Source of the DNA: Azolla caroliniana
Taxonomy: Eukaryota > Plantae > Polypodiophyta
Reading direction: 5' to 3'
DNA: 64,000 bases
Assembly: GCA_043228905.1 (NCBI GenBank)
Contig: JBHGNT010000008.1
Span: 20,956,001-21,020,000, forward strand
Within the stretch, counting starts at the first letter, position 1; every line of letters begins with the position of its first letter. The notes below the pieces were generated by a model. It did not search any database and had not been told where the DNA came from. It saw nothing but the letters and a program-made list of their open reading frames with translations. Of the stretch, positions 48,969 through 62,601 are shown piece by piece. The position numbers and the translations under genes are program-made.

Positions 48969-51096
48969 AAGTGTTGTTGGGGTGGGGGGTGAAACCTAGA
49001 ATGGCTTCACCCCCCTCCCAAGGGGGTAAGTTAGAGAGAGAGCAAGAGAGAAAGACAAATAGGAAATGACGCCAAATGAAATGGGAAAAAACTATTTCTC
49101 ATTACATGCCCCATAAGGGTTTTATATAATACATAATGTAACGGTAAATAATATGTCTGTTACAAAAAGAGACCGTTACATTCTTGTCACATGCACATAA
49201 TTGTGCATGTGCTCACACATACTCATCCTCACACTCATATACATTACACATACCAAACAACCCCTTTAACGTGTTTTACCCTTATACCGCCCCGTACAAC
49301 TCCTACGGGTAACACAACCTGTATAAACATAAAATGGTGTAACCTTTGTCGATCAGTGGATAGAGTTATTATACGTAAATTCGGCGACGTGGAGAATATT
49401 TGTCCAGTCATCTTGATGATAGCTTAGAAAACACCAAAGATACTGCTCCAGCATTTGATTTGTTCATTCTGCTTGGCCGTCTGTTTGCGGGTGGTAGCCG
49501 GAGGAGAGGTTACATGTGACCTTAAGCATTTTAAAGAGGTGCTTCCAAAACTTCGAGACAAACTAAGGTCCACAGTTGCTGATGATACTATCAAGAAGGC
49601 CATGATGTCGGCATACTTCACGCATGACAGTTTCGGTGGTCTCTTCAGTTGACATTTCCTTAGTACATGGCAGGAAATGGGCCATCTTCGTATATCGATC
49701 TACTATTGTTAAGATCGCATCGAATCCCTTAGCGACCGGAAAATTTGTGATGAAATCTAGAACAATGGATTGCCATGGCTTGCTTGGAATTGGTAATGGT
49801 TCTAATAAAACATATGGATGATGCCTTGGCATTTTTGCTCTGCAACATGTATCACAAGTCCGAACAAAATCTTCGACAAATTGTCGCATATGGGGCAACT
49901 AGAATTATCATTGTACTAAATCATTAGATTTAGTACTACCAAAATGCCCAGCTGTATATGTGTCATGACAGTTTTGGACTACTTGAAGGCGACCAATACC
50001 ATTAAGAACATACAAGAGTTTCTTAAAGAATAGTAATCCATCATGACATTCGAATTGTCAATAGTTCGTACTTGGTTGTTGCGACTGTGAACAAGATGCT
50101 CGAGAGGGATCAATTTGTGTTAGAATGGCTTGGGCGAAAGCATCTGTCTTCAAGTCCTCACGTTTGGTATCGATAACATTGGAATCCAAGGGCATACCGA
50201 AGACCTACGTTGCTTGCAGTCGTGTCGATCCCAAGATTACTTGCTTTTGGTTATCGAAAGCCGGCTCACCGAGATGCGGTGCTAGATACGAGCGTCGTGA
50301 TAATGCATCTACCTTCCCTTGTTGCTTCCTCGGACGATATGTAATTTTGAAGTTGAAACGAGTGAGGAATTAGGCCCACCGGGCTTGATGTCGATTTAAC
50401 ACACGAGCATTCTGAAAGTAGGAAAGGTTTTTGTGATCACCGAATACAGTGACTTGATGAGAAGACCCCTCTAGAAAATGTCTCCATTGCGTAAAAGAGT
50501 CCACTATTGCTAATTGCTAATAGCTCCTCTTCATAGTTGATTTCGGAGGCGTCAAACTTGCATGAGTGGAAAGCCACAGGATGTAGCTTTTCATCGTCGC
50601 CTTGGTGAGACAGAATGCTACCCAAGGCGAAATCCGACGCATCTGCTTCAATGATGAATGGTTTTTCCGGATCAACATGAGCTAGAATAGGAGCTGATGT
50701 AAATGCCTTCTTAAGACTCTCAAACGCCATGTTTGCTTCTTCAGACCAAATGAACGGTTGTCCCTTCCTGGTAAGCTGTGTGAGAGGCAGAACAAGCTTT
50801 AAGTAATCATGTATAAACTTGCGGTAGAAATTGGCAAAGGCTAAAAAGCATTGCACATCTCGCAACGAACGTGGAGTCTGCCACTCTACCACCATTTTGA
50901 CCTTAGCAGGATCCATGGAGATGCCTTTTGAGGAGATGACATAGCCCAGAAATTCCACCTGGTTGCACCCGAAACTATATTTTTCCAACTTTTCATAAAG
51001 ACCATGTTCTCGAAGTCGTTTTAGTAATAACAGTACATGAGAATCATGCTCTTCTTCGGTCTTCGAATGAACTAGTAGATCATGCAAATAGATGAT

Positions 51097-54000
51097 TGTA
51101 GAAAGTAGCGTGCGGAAGCAAATATAAAGACCGAACAGAAGGAAGGAAACTCAGGTTCAATGGAGAGCTTAAGCTTACACGGTATACGCAGGAGAGACAG
51201 AGAGAGTGAGAGAGAAGACACAAAAAACTATATTCAATAATAGTACTCAGTCTATATTCACCACTCTATACACATGTGTGTTCCATGAACACTTTTATAC
51301 AAGTCCTCGAAGGACTGACCGAAGTACTGACAGTACTTCAATGCTCATCAAGAGCTCCTACACTAACTCCCAAATATATTCATCACGGAATATCTTTCCT
51401 AACGACCTCCCAGTTTACGCACTCGGCCTAACCGATCAGTCCCAACCGATCCGGTCCTCGGCTTCTTCAGCCGATCCGGCCGATGTTGAGCTTGTCTCTC
51501 AACACTCCCCCTCAAGCTGAACTCGAGGCTCTTCGAGATCTTCACAGCGCCGGTTCCTCCTGGCTTCACGCCTCGCTCGCGCTCCTCGACCTGTTCGACT
51601 ACGCGCGCTTCGACCCTTCCGGTCAGCTTGTCTGCTTATGCGGCCCTTATCAGCTCTTCTGTTGTTGCGGTGTTGACGCTTCTCCTGCTGCCTTTTCTTC
51701 CGCTTGGGCCTCGGTTGATTCAACGTGTCTGAATCAAACATCCGAACCGACTCGGCTACCTCCGATCAGTTTTCGCTCTCGTCTGAGTTGGTTGTCTCCA
51801 ACTCGTCTTCGGTCTTCTCGCCTTCGATGGCGTCATCTTCCCCATGTGTGGTTGGCTTCGGCTCTCTCCTTCGGTTTCTTCAGTCAATCCGATGTCGAAC
51901 TTGACAACCGACTCGGTGTCGCGGTGTCCGCTCCTTTCCTGCTACCTTGCTTGGTTGTTCGGGACTGTTCTCCCCCTCAAGTTCGGCACATCGAGGTGAC
52001 GCAACCCGAGCGCACCTAAGAATTGCCGCAACTTGTCCAGACCAAGAGGCTTGGTGAAGATGTTGGCAGCTTGCCGATCCGTCGAAACGTACTGAAGTTC
52101 GACTTCACCGGAAAGGACACGCTCACGGACGAAATGATAGTGCACCTCAATGTGCTTGGTCCGTGCGTGGAAAACGGGGTTTTTCGCGAGCTCGATGCTG
52201 CTGAGGTTGTCGCAGTAGATCGTCGTCGGATCTGACACCTCCACCTGCAGGTCCTTAAGTAGCCGCTTCAACCATATGGCTTTGCATGTCGCGACAGCCG
52301 CTCCTCGGTATTCAGCTTCGGTGCTCGACAGTGCAACTGTCGGCTGCTTCTTACTGCTCCACGCGATCGCGGCACTCCCGAGGGAGAACGCGTATCCAGA
52401 CGTGGATCGGCGATCGGCGGCGTTGCCAGCCCAATCAGCATCAATGCAGCCGACTAACTGCGCGGCTGCACCGGTCCGATATAGCAGTCCCCGGTCCTTA
52501 GTGTCGTTGACATACCGAAGTATGCGTTGCGCACACTGAAGGTGCTCCTTGGTAGGTCATGCCATGAACTGACTGATCACCCCGACCGGATAACTGAGGT
52601 CGGGTCAGGTGATGGTCAAGTATATGAGGCTTCCGACAATTTGTCGGAACCTCGTCGGATCGCATACCTTTCCCGTATCGGGACGAAGCTGGATGGTTCT
52701 GTCCAGAGGAGTCGAGACGGACTTACAGTCGACCATCCCGAGTTTGAAGAGCATACCCAGCACGTAATAACGTTGGCTGATCAATATGCCTTCGGGGGTA
52801 GGGATCACTTCGATCCCGAGGAAGTAATGAAGGTCCCCCAGATCCTTCATGTCGAACGATGCTGCAAGCTGGAGCTTCACGCGGTCGATTTCACCTAGGT
52901 CGGCGCCGGTGATGACCAAGTCATCAACATCAATAAAATACTAACCGGTCCGAGTCGACCTTTCCGGATGAACAGGGAAGAGTCTGATTTTGACGTGACG
53001 AAGCCCAACCGACGCAGTTGTTGTGTGATCTTCGCGTTCCAGGCACGCGGGGCTTGCTTCAGTCCGTAAAGGGACTTCTTCAGTCGGCATACTGCCGAGG
53101 AGTTCGTTCCGGAGTGAAATCCGGGGGGTTGTACCATGTACACCTATTCCTCAAGGTCACCTTGCAAGAACGCATTCTTTACATCCATCTGATGTAAGTG
53201 CCACCCCTTGGTCGCGGCTACTACGAGCAAAACACGGACGGTCGTCATTTTCGCGACCGGCGCAAACGTCTCATCGTAGTCGATGCCGTGTTTCTGCGCG
53301 TAGCCCTTTGCCACTAGCCGAGCCTTGTACCGGTTGACCGAGCCATCGGTGTTGTACTTGACTTTGTACACCCACCTACACCCAATCGGCTTCACACCCT
53401 TCGGTGCGTCAACCAGATCCCAGGTCTCGTTCTCCACCAATGCGTGCATCTCTTCCTCCATCGTGGCACGCCAATTTGCGTCTTTAGCCGCTTCTGCGTA
53501 GCTCTCTGGCTCACGCACTTCCGCTACACGGGTCATGTACGCATAATGATGCGCCATGTACTCGTTGTATCCGAACCGCAAAACAGGATTCTTTTGGCGG
53601 GTAGATCGGCGTAATCTCACATTAGCCGATGTCAAGGCCTTCTCAGTCGACGCGGCCTTCACCTTTAAAGACCCGTCACCGGTTCCCTCGGAGTCGGACT
53701 CGCGTCGGTCTGACTCGTTCCGTTCCGTGCCGGAATCCGACACCTTCTTCTTCCCTTTCTCTTTGCGCGTAAGCCGTCTCCTCGGCCTCCTGCGCGGGGA
53801 ATGCACGGCCGAGTCTCCACTACTCGCCGGCTCTTCATCGGACTGGTCGTACCAACTCAGTCGTCCAATCGGTCCACTTAACCGGAGTGAAATCGGACTC
53901 TCTTCGTGGGTCTCAATTTTGGGCTCATCCGGAGGCATCTCTGCCTCGCTGACCTCATCGTCAAAACTCGGATTGGGGGCAGGGTTCGGAGTCGGGGGCA

Positions 54001-56748
54001 GGTACCAGGACGTGGACTCGTCAAACACAACGTCGCGGCTGACACGCGCTTGTTTGGTGCAAGGGTTATAGCACTTATAACCCTTCTGCTCGTCCAAGTA
54101 ACCGACCAGGATGCACTTCTCGGCCTTTGCGTCCAGCTTCCTCCTTTTCTCCTTCGGTACATGGATATACGCAATGCTACCGAACACCCTCAAGTGTCAC
54201 AAGTTCGGCTTCGTTCCGAAATATAGCTCGTGCGCCGACACTTTGTCTCTGATCCGGTTTTGGATGTATACCGCGGTCCTTACCGCCTCAACCCAGTAGA
54301 ACTTGGGCAAGCTCTTCTCCTCCAGCATTGCCCGTGCCGCTTCCACAACTGACCGATTCTTCCTCTCGGCCACGCCGTTCTGCTCCGGCGTGTATCTACA
54401 ACTGAATTCGCGGCGAATTCCCATTTGTTGTAGATAACCGTTGAATTGACCGGAAAAGTACTCTTTTCCACCATCCGACCGCAGGCACTTGATCTTTCGT
54501 CCTGTTTCGGCTTCCACGAACCATTTGAGGTCCTGGAAACAGTCGAAGACTTCGCTCTTCCTCTAAATGATGTAGATCCACGTGTGCCGCGTGTGGTCGT
54601 CGATGAAGGAGATGAAATATCGGCTCCCGCCAAGACTAACGTTTTGTGCCGGCCCCCATACATCGGAGTGTATAAGGTCGAGCTTGTTCCGGCTCCGGTT
54701 TCGCTCGTTGGGGAAGGGAAGTCGGTGTTGCTTCCTGAGTTGGCAGGCTTCACAAATTTGTGCCTTTTGGCCACTAAATTTGGGCAATCCGAACACTACC
54801 TGTTTCGATTGCAGGTCTTGAAGCCGCTGGTAGTTGACGTGGCCTATCCGCTTGTGCCACAAGTCGATGTCCGACTCTGTCTTTTGTCCCTTCGCGAACA
54901 TTGCGGTGCCGCCATCAGTGGAGTCGAGGATGAACATCCTCCCGTCTCTGCGCCCTTGCGCAATCACATGGCCTTCTTCCTCAATGAAGCACCCGAGGTG
55001 TGTAAACCGAACCGCCATCCCTTGGTCAACGATCTGTCCGACCGAGACCAGGTTTTTCGTGATTGTCGGAACGTGCAGCACGTTCATAAGTTTCCCTTTC
55101 TGCCCGACATGGCTAAGGGGAACTTCTCTGACATTCGCGATCGGATGCAGAGTGTCGTCTCCTGTTGCGACTACTCCAGGTTGTATCGGTTTTTCAAGGT
55201 ACGAGAACCACTCCTTATGGCTCGTCATGTGGTTTGACGCGCCGGAGTCTACGTACCACACCTCGTCCGATCTCGGGGTGGTCTGTTTCATTGAGTTTGC
55301 TTCGTGTCTCGTCACGAAGGCAGTCCCTTCTCCGACTCTCCCGGAGTCTTCGGCGTAGTGTGATCGCTGCCGATTTCCCTTGTCGGTATGTTTGGAGCCG
55401 CTCCCGGAACCAGTTCTCTCCGAATCGGCGCGCTTCTTCCAGCACTCACTTTCCCTATGGCCTTTCTTGCCACAGTACCAACACTCCGCGATGGACTTCC
55501 CTTGCCGGTTCTCATCGCTTTGACTCCCCCTGTTTCCGAAGGGTCCGGAGTTGCTGTCGGCATCACTTCGATGCCTTCTTCCCTGATCTCGTCGGCCGCC
55601 TCCATTGCGCGCCGACTCGCCTCGTCCTCCACGTCCACGGGGCCTATCTCCCTCCGTGTACAGCATTCTGTTGTCGGTGTGCGTGCTTGTAGACGCACCC
55701 GCGTGGTTCTCCTCTACCAGGAGCATTGACTGTAAGTCAAAAAAGGACGGCGTATTCTCCTGGGTACACACAGCCGTTCGGAACACTCCGAACTTCGACG
55801 CCAAACCTCCGAGACAGATCTGGACCATCTCACTCTCCTCGATGTTCACCTCTATGGAGGCGAGGGAGTCACAGATATCCTTGATCTTCGAGGTATAGTC
55901 CGCCACTGACAAGTCGCGTTGTCGTAGGTTGCTCAACTCCTGTCGGAGCTGAAGCTTCCTGGCTGTGGTGCTCACGGCGAAAATCTTCTTTAGATTTTCC
56001 CACGCACCCTTCGGCGTCTTTGCATCCCGAACATAGCTCAATAGTTGTTCGCCCACACACGACGCGAAGCAGTACAATACCCTGCTTGCCGATTGCTCCC
56101 ACGACGGGAAGTCTCTGTGTGTCGATTCGGGTGCCACGTCATTAGCTCCTTCGACATAACTACAATAGCCGTGCCCGAGCAGGTACTGGTGCATCTTGTA
56201 GGACCAAGACGCGTAGTTGGTTCTGTCGAGCTTCTCTGTTGGAATCGAGCTCGGCATGCCTCTATCCATCGTTCTTCTCGTTCTTCTTCGTCAAGTTGTG
56301 TCGGCTGTAGAGAGGTTCTCAACCCTCGCGCTCTGATACCATGTAGAAAGTAGCGTGCGGAAGCAAGTATGAAGACCGAACATAAGGAAGGAAACTCAGG
56401 TTCAATGGAGAGCTTAAGCTTACACGGTATACGCAGGAGAGACAGAGAGAGTGAGAGAGAAGACACAAAAAACTATATTCAATAATAGTACTCAGTCTGT
56501 ATTCACCACCCTATACACATGTGTGTTCCATGAACACTTTATAGAAGTCCTCGAAGGACTGACCGAAGTACTGACAATACTTCAATGCTCATCAAGAGCT
56601 CCTACACTAACTCCCAAATATATTCCTCACGGAATATCTTTCCTAACGACCTCCCGGTTTACGCACTCGGCCTAACCGATCGGTCCCAACCGATCCGGTC
56701 CTCGGCTTCTTCAGCCGATCCGGCCGATGTTGACCTTGTCTCTCAACA
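51097..56748 (-). mobile_element. Full-length Copia G
   Basis: LTRs 51097-51504 and 56342-56748; perfect TSD ATGAT; PBS-Met 56330-56341; PPT 51505-51513. Confidence 0.96.
51499..56269 (-). pseudogene. pol: Copia G gag-pol with few lesions and a charged C-terminal extension
   Basis: ORFs 54563-56269 (gag, PR WYVDSGASNHM, integrase start), 54197-54517, 53144-54193, 52605-53143, 51942-52271, 51499-51741. Confidence 0.95.
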
Positions 56749-56846
56749 ATGATAAAAAAATCATCCAAGAGATCTTAGAATATATCATTTGCCATGTGTT
56801 GGAAGACTGTTGGCGCATTAGTGAGACCAAAGGGCATGACCGTACT

Positions 56847-57195
56847 ATGACAGCCGGCAGCGGGTTGAAGAACCTCCAACGCTCTAATACCAAACGTTGG
56901 GGACAAGACCGTCAATGCGGAAGTGCAAGCAACATTCGTGATGAAGAAGAACCTGTGTATGTGCATAAGCAAGATACAGAGAGAGAGAGAGAGATAGGCA
57001 CAAAGAAAACGTTATATTTCTTAATGGCAACAGTTACAAATGACAACCAACCAACTTTAACTAAAGGTTACAAAGTCACTTTATATAGTGACTATCTTAG
57101 GGCAACTGCCCTTTATGCTATTTACAGAAAAAGCCCAAACTTGGGTTGTCCAAAGGGACAATGTGAATACGGCCATTATACATTCATATTCGACA
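56847..57195 (-). mobile_element. Probable orphan 5' LTR (~56895-57195) with PBS-Met from another LTR element
   Basis: TGGTATTAGAGC on - at 56881-56892; TATA and CT-rich tract on -; boundaries uncertain. Confidence 0.5.
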
Positions 57196-57704
57196 CACTG
57201 CTCTTTGATCGGGTGTTCCCGGCAGCTTACTGAAAGATTACCCTTGCCGCGTCCGGCCTGCATGGCCTCCTTCGTTCACGTAACGCCTTGGCTGGTCGGT
57301 GCCTCTATTGTTGCCACCTTCTTCCCCTTGCCACCACCTTCCATTACCCTCAATCTCACGTTGCCACATTGGCCAAACTGTCGGGGTCTCCGGACAGGTA
57401 TGAAGGATCCTTCTTGGGCCTCCAATTTGTTGGGTCATCGACTCGTGTACCAAGCGCATCTGATCTTTGTCTTGCCGACTCTGCCGGTCAGTTCTGTATC
57501 TGGTTCGTGGCCACCTCGCCGGCCTCATACCTCCTTTTGCTCTGCGTTCCGTCGTCCGATCACGTTCACCTGCCGCCACCGTCCTTCTCTCTAGGTCTCA
57601 CGCCGGCTCTCGGGCCGACCATCGGAGTCTCTAGAACCGATGTGAAGGATCCTCCTCATGCTTGTCGTATTTCGGACCCTTATCCCGGGTTGTCCTTCTT
57701 TGAA

Positions 57705-58533
57705 TAGGAACAAGAGCGTGAAAGGAGTGGTAGTGACCGTGATGCCGAATCGGATGAAGAATTCGATTTCGGGCCAACTGAAGAAGCCGAAGAAGAAAAC
57801 TAGGGCAGTAATCGCAAGGAAGAGCCGAAGACAGCCGAACAAAGGGGAAACAAAGCCAAGAAAGACGTAAAGGCCAAGACTAAGACATGGTCGGACATAG
57901 TTAGGGGCCTGAAGACAGAAGACGAATTGGAAACAGCCAATTCGGGTGAAAGTGGGAATGAATCGGAAATGTCTGATTCAATCATAATGTTTGATTCGGA
58001 TACGCCGAATCAATTGAGGGCCAAGTAGAGAAAAGGGCAGAGAGAGAGGCGCCAAAACCGCGACAGCAAGGGAGCTAAGAAAGGCCACATGAGCAGACAA
58101 GCCGACCGGAAGGGTCGAGGCGTGCAGAATCGGACTAGTCAAGGAGCGCAAGCGAGCATGAAGCCAAGAGAAGCCGGAACGAAGATCTGGAAAAGCATAT
58201 GGAACCTCAAGTTGAGCTTGAGGAGGAGTGTTGAGAGACAAGCTCAACATTGGGTGCGTAAACCGGTGCGTAACCCAGTGCGTAGACTAGGTACATAAAA
58301 CCGTGCGCAAAATATGGTCATAGCGGTATGTAAACCGAGAGGCCGTTAGAATGTTATTCCTCATAAGGAATAATTTTGGGGGTAAGTGTAGGATGCTCAT
58401 TTATGAGCAGTCAGGTACTGTAAGTACTTGTGTCAGCCCCATAGTCAAGGCTTGTATAAAAGCTGCTCATTGAGCACCAAATATGTACAGAGAACATACA
58501 GAGAATTATTTTTTAATATAGTTTACATTTTCT

Positions 58534-58591
<58 letters not shown>

Positions 58592-58685
58592 TCTCTATGA
58601 TTCCTCTGTTTTATTGAACTATCGTAATTCCAAACCGTGTACTCAATGTCTTACGCATACGCTTCCGCATATGTATTTTTTTACA
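57705..58685 (+). mobile_element. 3' end of a G/F-family Copia (N): charged tail, PPT, 3' LTR 58229-58685
   Basis: MFDSDTPNQ...VELEEEC matches the G tail; LTR starts TGTTGAGAGACAAGCTCAACA. Confidence 0.85.
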
Positions 58686-61600
58686 TGCGGATTTAGCAGA
58701 TTTTTGGTTGGTGGGAGGTGACTTCAATATGATTGAGGATGTTGCTGATAGGTTGGGAGTTGCAGGTACTACTATTTTAGGACGGGAGGCTAAGTGTTGG
58801 GAATGTGCACTCATTTTCACGCATACAAGGATCCCTTTAGTTCTCTCGATCAGATGGGAGTGTGGTTGTCACAAATTTGTCTCGACTAGATAGATTTTAT
58901 GGTAGTAGTGTATTTTTGGAGGTGGGTGGGTCCCTAGGAATTATTCAGGGCTCAGTTATCTTTGACCATGATCTTCCGAAGTTACATGTTACATTTACAA
59001 AGAGGCGATACTCCAAGCAATTGTGTATCCCTCCTTCATTGCAATCTAATGATAATCACAAGATGTCAATCACTCAGATATGGTCGAGCTACAACTTCTC
59101 GGACGAGTGTCTGCTTAACAATATGGTTCATGCCATAATATATACAAAGACTCTATTCACAAAAATAATTGCAACATCGGTTTATCATTGCAATTCAAAA
59201 ATTACCAACCTACCTCGTGCTCTTGCAGCAGTACAACAATTGTTGGAAAGGTATCCAACTTCATCTATGCTACGTTCTGAGTTGCAGCGAGTGAAAAGTG
59301 TTTTAAAAGAAAAGCATGGGAACGCTCAATGTTCTTTTACTGCCGTAATGTTGCTCGTTGGTCACAAAGGGCATGATCGGGTCAACAAAGAATTCTTTAA
59401 TCAGTTTAAACGGAAAAATAAACCTCTTTCTATTACCTCTTTGAAGCTACTTGATGGATCCTATACATCAGATGACTCTGAGATGTGAGATATAGTCTCG
59501 GATTATTACCATCAATTGTTGTCTGTGGAATCTTTTTCGGCAGATATTCTTTACAAACGACAAGTTGTTCTTGCATCTGTTCAACAAAAGGTTACTGATG
59601 TAATGGCATCCCATTTATTGCAACCATTCACATCGCAGGAGGTTTTTCCTGCAGCTAAATCCTTAGGAAAGAATGTTTGTTTGAGAAAAGATGGAATAAG
59701 AGTTGGCTTCTATTTGCACTACTAGGATTTTCTAGGTCCCCTGCTTACTAGAGCGGTTAATTTAATATTTTCAAGCGGTAATATGCCTGCGGAATGGATG
59801 GAAAGAATCATATATATGATCCCTAAGTCGGATGCCCAGTGTGATGAAGTCACCAAGTGGAGGCAAATAACATTGCTTAATGATGAGTACAAGATTGTGA
59901 CAAAAAACATTGCTCTCAAACTAAGATTAGTGTTGTCGTCTATTATTCATGACATGCAATCTGGTTTTTTGCAAGATAGGAGCATTTTTTATAACATCTT
60001 TTTATTTTGGGGAATGGTTGCTTTAGCTCAACAAAATAAACAACAACTTGCAGTATTATTGCTTGACTTTGAGAAGGCTTATGATAAAGTGGATTGGGAC
60101 TTTCTTGAGGCAGTACTGTCAAGATTAGGTTTCTAGTTCTGTTTTGTTTGTTGGAGGATATGGGCCACTATTTCCTATTTCCTATTTCCAGGTCAGTTTG
60201 GGAAGGATGCCCTCTTGCCCCTTTTCTTTTTATCTTCTTTGGGGAAGCCCTATCCTCCTACCTAGGATCGTCTTTGGCAGTTTTAAGAGGCATAGCATTA
60301 CCTTTTACACAACCTATCGTATTGGATGTCAAATTTGTAGATGACACAGGCCTTTATGTTGACGAGGAGATTGGTAATCTTAGTCGTGTACAAGATGCTT
60401 TCCAAGTTTTCTCAGATGCTACAGGTGCATCACTTAACTAGAACCAGTCAGTCGGACTTTGGGTAGGTGAAGAAACTCACCCTACATGGTATCCACGTCC
60501 TTCTTTGCGATGGCCTCATCATGGTGAACCAGTTCATTATTTGGGATGTATTGTTGGTATAGATTTGCAGCCAAAAGCAACTCTATGGTCATTACTATTG
60601 TCAATAAAACGTAAACTACTACATTAGGATGCCCAACAATTGTCCTTTGCAAGTCGGATCTACAACAGTAGCAAAAGTTGTTTGGAATGTGTTAATCCAA
60701 CCTAAAAGCAATGGAGGGTTGGGTTTGATAGATCCTTTAATGCAGTCAAGAGCCCTTTTGACTAAGTTTGTGATCAGAGGATTACTACCAGGATCAGAAT
60801 CTTGGAAAGGGATATTTCTAACTCAGTTGATGTAGTTAAGTCCTACGACGGGCGATATTTGGTCACCCTCTTTAAAATGGTTATTCCTGAATTATGTACA
60901 AACACCAAGGCGAGATCTTGCATCCAATGTCACAAGAAGATCATCTTGCACAATTACAATCTCTTCACGGTGCCAAGATAATGACTACTAGCATATCAAC
61001 AACATATTCTTCGTTTTCTACAACCTTTCAACCCAGGAAGTAACATATGTTTGGATGCTTCATAAATGACACATTGGTGGTTATTACGGGTATTTCACCT
61101 AACGAGTGTGCTTCTTATTTTCAGGTCCTAAACAATCATACATTACAACCTTACATCTTTGAGTGCAGTTATCAACAACACTTGCGTAAGTGCACCAGTT
61201 AGAGTGGTTGCTAAATTTGGAAAGAAATGAATGCTTGATCCTTATCCTTCAATTGCTCATATGTGTGATATGTTGTGCTTATATGCGAAAGACCCAGTTG
61301 CAAGATTAACATGGGATCCGGGGCATTGGTTTTGGTCACATTCCTTGGGGGAACAACCCATAAAGGGTCCTTTCTTTCAAGTAAAACTTGGAAGAGCACT
61401 ACTCTCTCAGAATGCAAGGATACCAATAGCTCAGAGACATTGGACAAGTTGGGGGGTCTCAACTTTGCATTTGAAAACCCACTAGAGATGGATTTGGTCA
61501 TTCAAGGGGCCAGCTAAATTTATTCTCTTCATATGGCTATTAGTGCATATGGCCTTACCAATTGGTCACTCATTGAAAGGGAATGTAACACCCAATCTTC

Positions 61601-62350
61601 GACTTTGTGACTTTTGCCATGAAGCTCAAGAGACTGCCAAGCATGCCCTTTGGTCATGTCCCTTGGTTCAACAAGTATGGAATAAAGTGCTTTCGTTCAT
61701 TTTAACAATCAATGTTGGTTGCCTATTTCCATGGGGAGCAACGATGTGGGGAGTGTTACATTCCAATTTGATGTTGTATGAGGCAAACGATGTTCAAGAG
61801 GCAATGATGATACATAATAGAAGATTGATATTAGTCAGCCCCTTTCAACAACCTCAAAAGCAGGTGCGATCTGTCCAAATATGGAAAACAATGACTACAA
61901 TAACATTATGGGCATTATGGAAATGTCGATGCAACCGACCTTATGATGCAACAAATCAACGTCTCTTAGATGTCTTGCTTGAGATATGGGAGAACTTGTT
62001 GGCAGTAGTCCACGACCAATATGACAACATGCAAGGTTCACCAGAAACTATGAACAAGAGAAAGAAGAAGCTCCTTCACTTATGGAAAAAGTTACCCCTG
62101 TTTACAGAGTCAACTCAAGGGTCTCAATGGAACTATCAACTTCCATGGACCCTTTCTTGAATATCAATGAAGCATGGCAGAGTGCAACAATAAATTTCAA
62201 TAACTTTTACAAAGTTCTAGCTTTGGTCTTAAGATTATCGTATATCATTGTACATGAAAATTGTAAGCTTTTGGGCACACAAGCTTAAGTTGTAGCATTT
62301 ACATGTTTTTGCTTAATACTGATGAGGAAAATCTTTGAAGAAAAAAAAAA
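58686..62350 (+). mobile_element. Degenerate L1-clade LINE: ORF2 with endonuclease, RT, zf-RVT and a short poly(A)
   Basis: GGDFN, SRLDRFY, IPK...WRQITLLN, LLDFEKAYDKVDW, GCPLAPFLF, FVDDT, CDFC...ETAKHALWSC; A-run at 62341-62350. Confidence 0.9.
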
Positions 62351-62446
62351 GGATCTTCCAAGGGAAGCCCATCCCGCCAACAAAGGTAACCATGGAACTT
62401 TGGGATCACCTCATCGCCTTCCTTCATAGGTCATATGTCATTAAAA

Positions 62447-62547
62447 TAAAATCATTTGATCCATCTATGCCAATAAAATCATTTGATCCATCTATGTCAA
62501 GTAAAAGCATTCAATGCTTCTATGCCATTAAAATCATTCGACCATCA
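62447..62547 (+). repeat. 27-bp tandem repeat, 3-4 copies
   Basis: Unit TAAAATCATTTGATCCATCTATGCCAA. Confidence 0.75.
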
Positions 62548-62601
62548 TCAACAAATGGGTGTTGATCATGGGATTTCTTATTATTTTAGGATCGATAACC
62601 A

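Larger units (their letters stand above)
46216..49314 (-). mobile_element. Complete non-autonomous LTR element I (3.1 kb, LARD/TRIM-like)
   Basis: LTRs 46216-46532 and 48972-49314; perfect TSD CAACC; no recognisable pol. Confidence 0.92.
45184..56846 (-). mobile_element. 5'-truncated chromovirus H: 3' LTR 45184-45561, PPT, chromodomain, integrase, RNase H, part of RT; interrupted by I and G
   Basis: EYEVAAILDSK in 45554-45976; integrase 49563-49898; RT/RNase H 50437-51087; MPFGLTNAP near 56800-56850. Confidence 0.88.

Noticed and set aside
53556-55898. Plus-strand ORFs opposite Copia G pol
   Set aside because: Antisense shadows of GC-rich coding sequence.
57196-57700. Possible coding fragment
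   Set aside because: No recognisable motif in any frame; left unassigned.
23974-58685. LTRs at 23974 and 58229 as the two ends of one large nested Copia
   Set aside because: The LTRs are visibly diverged and the flanks (ATTCT vs TGCGG) are not a TSD.
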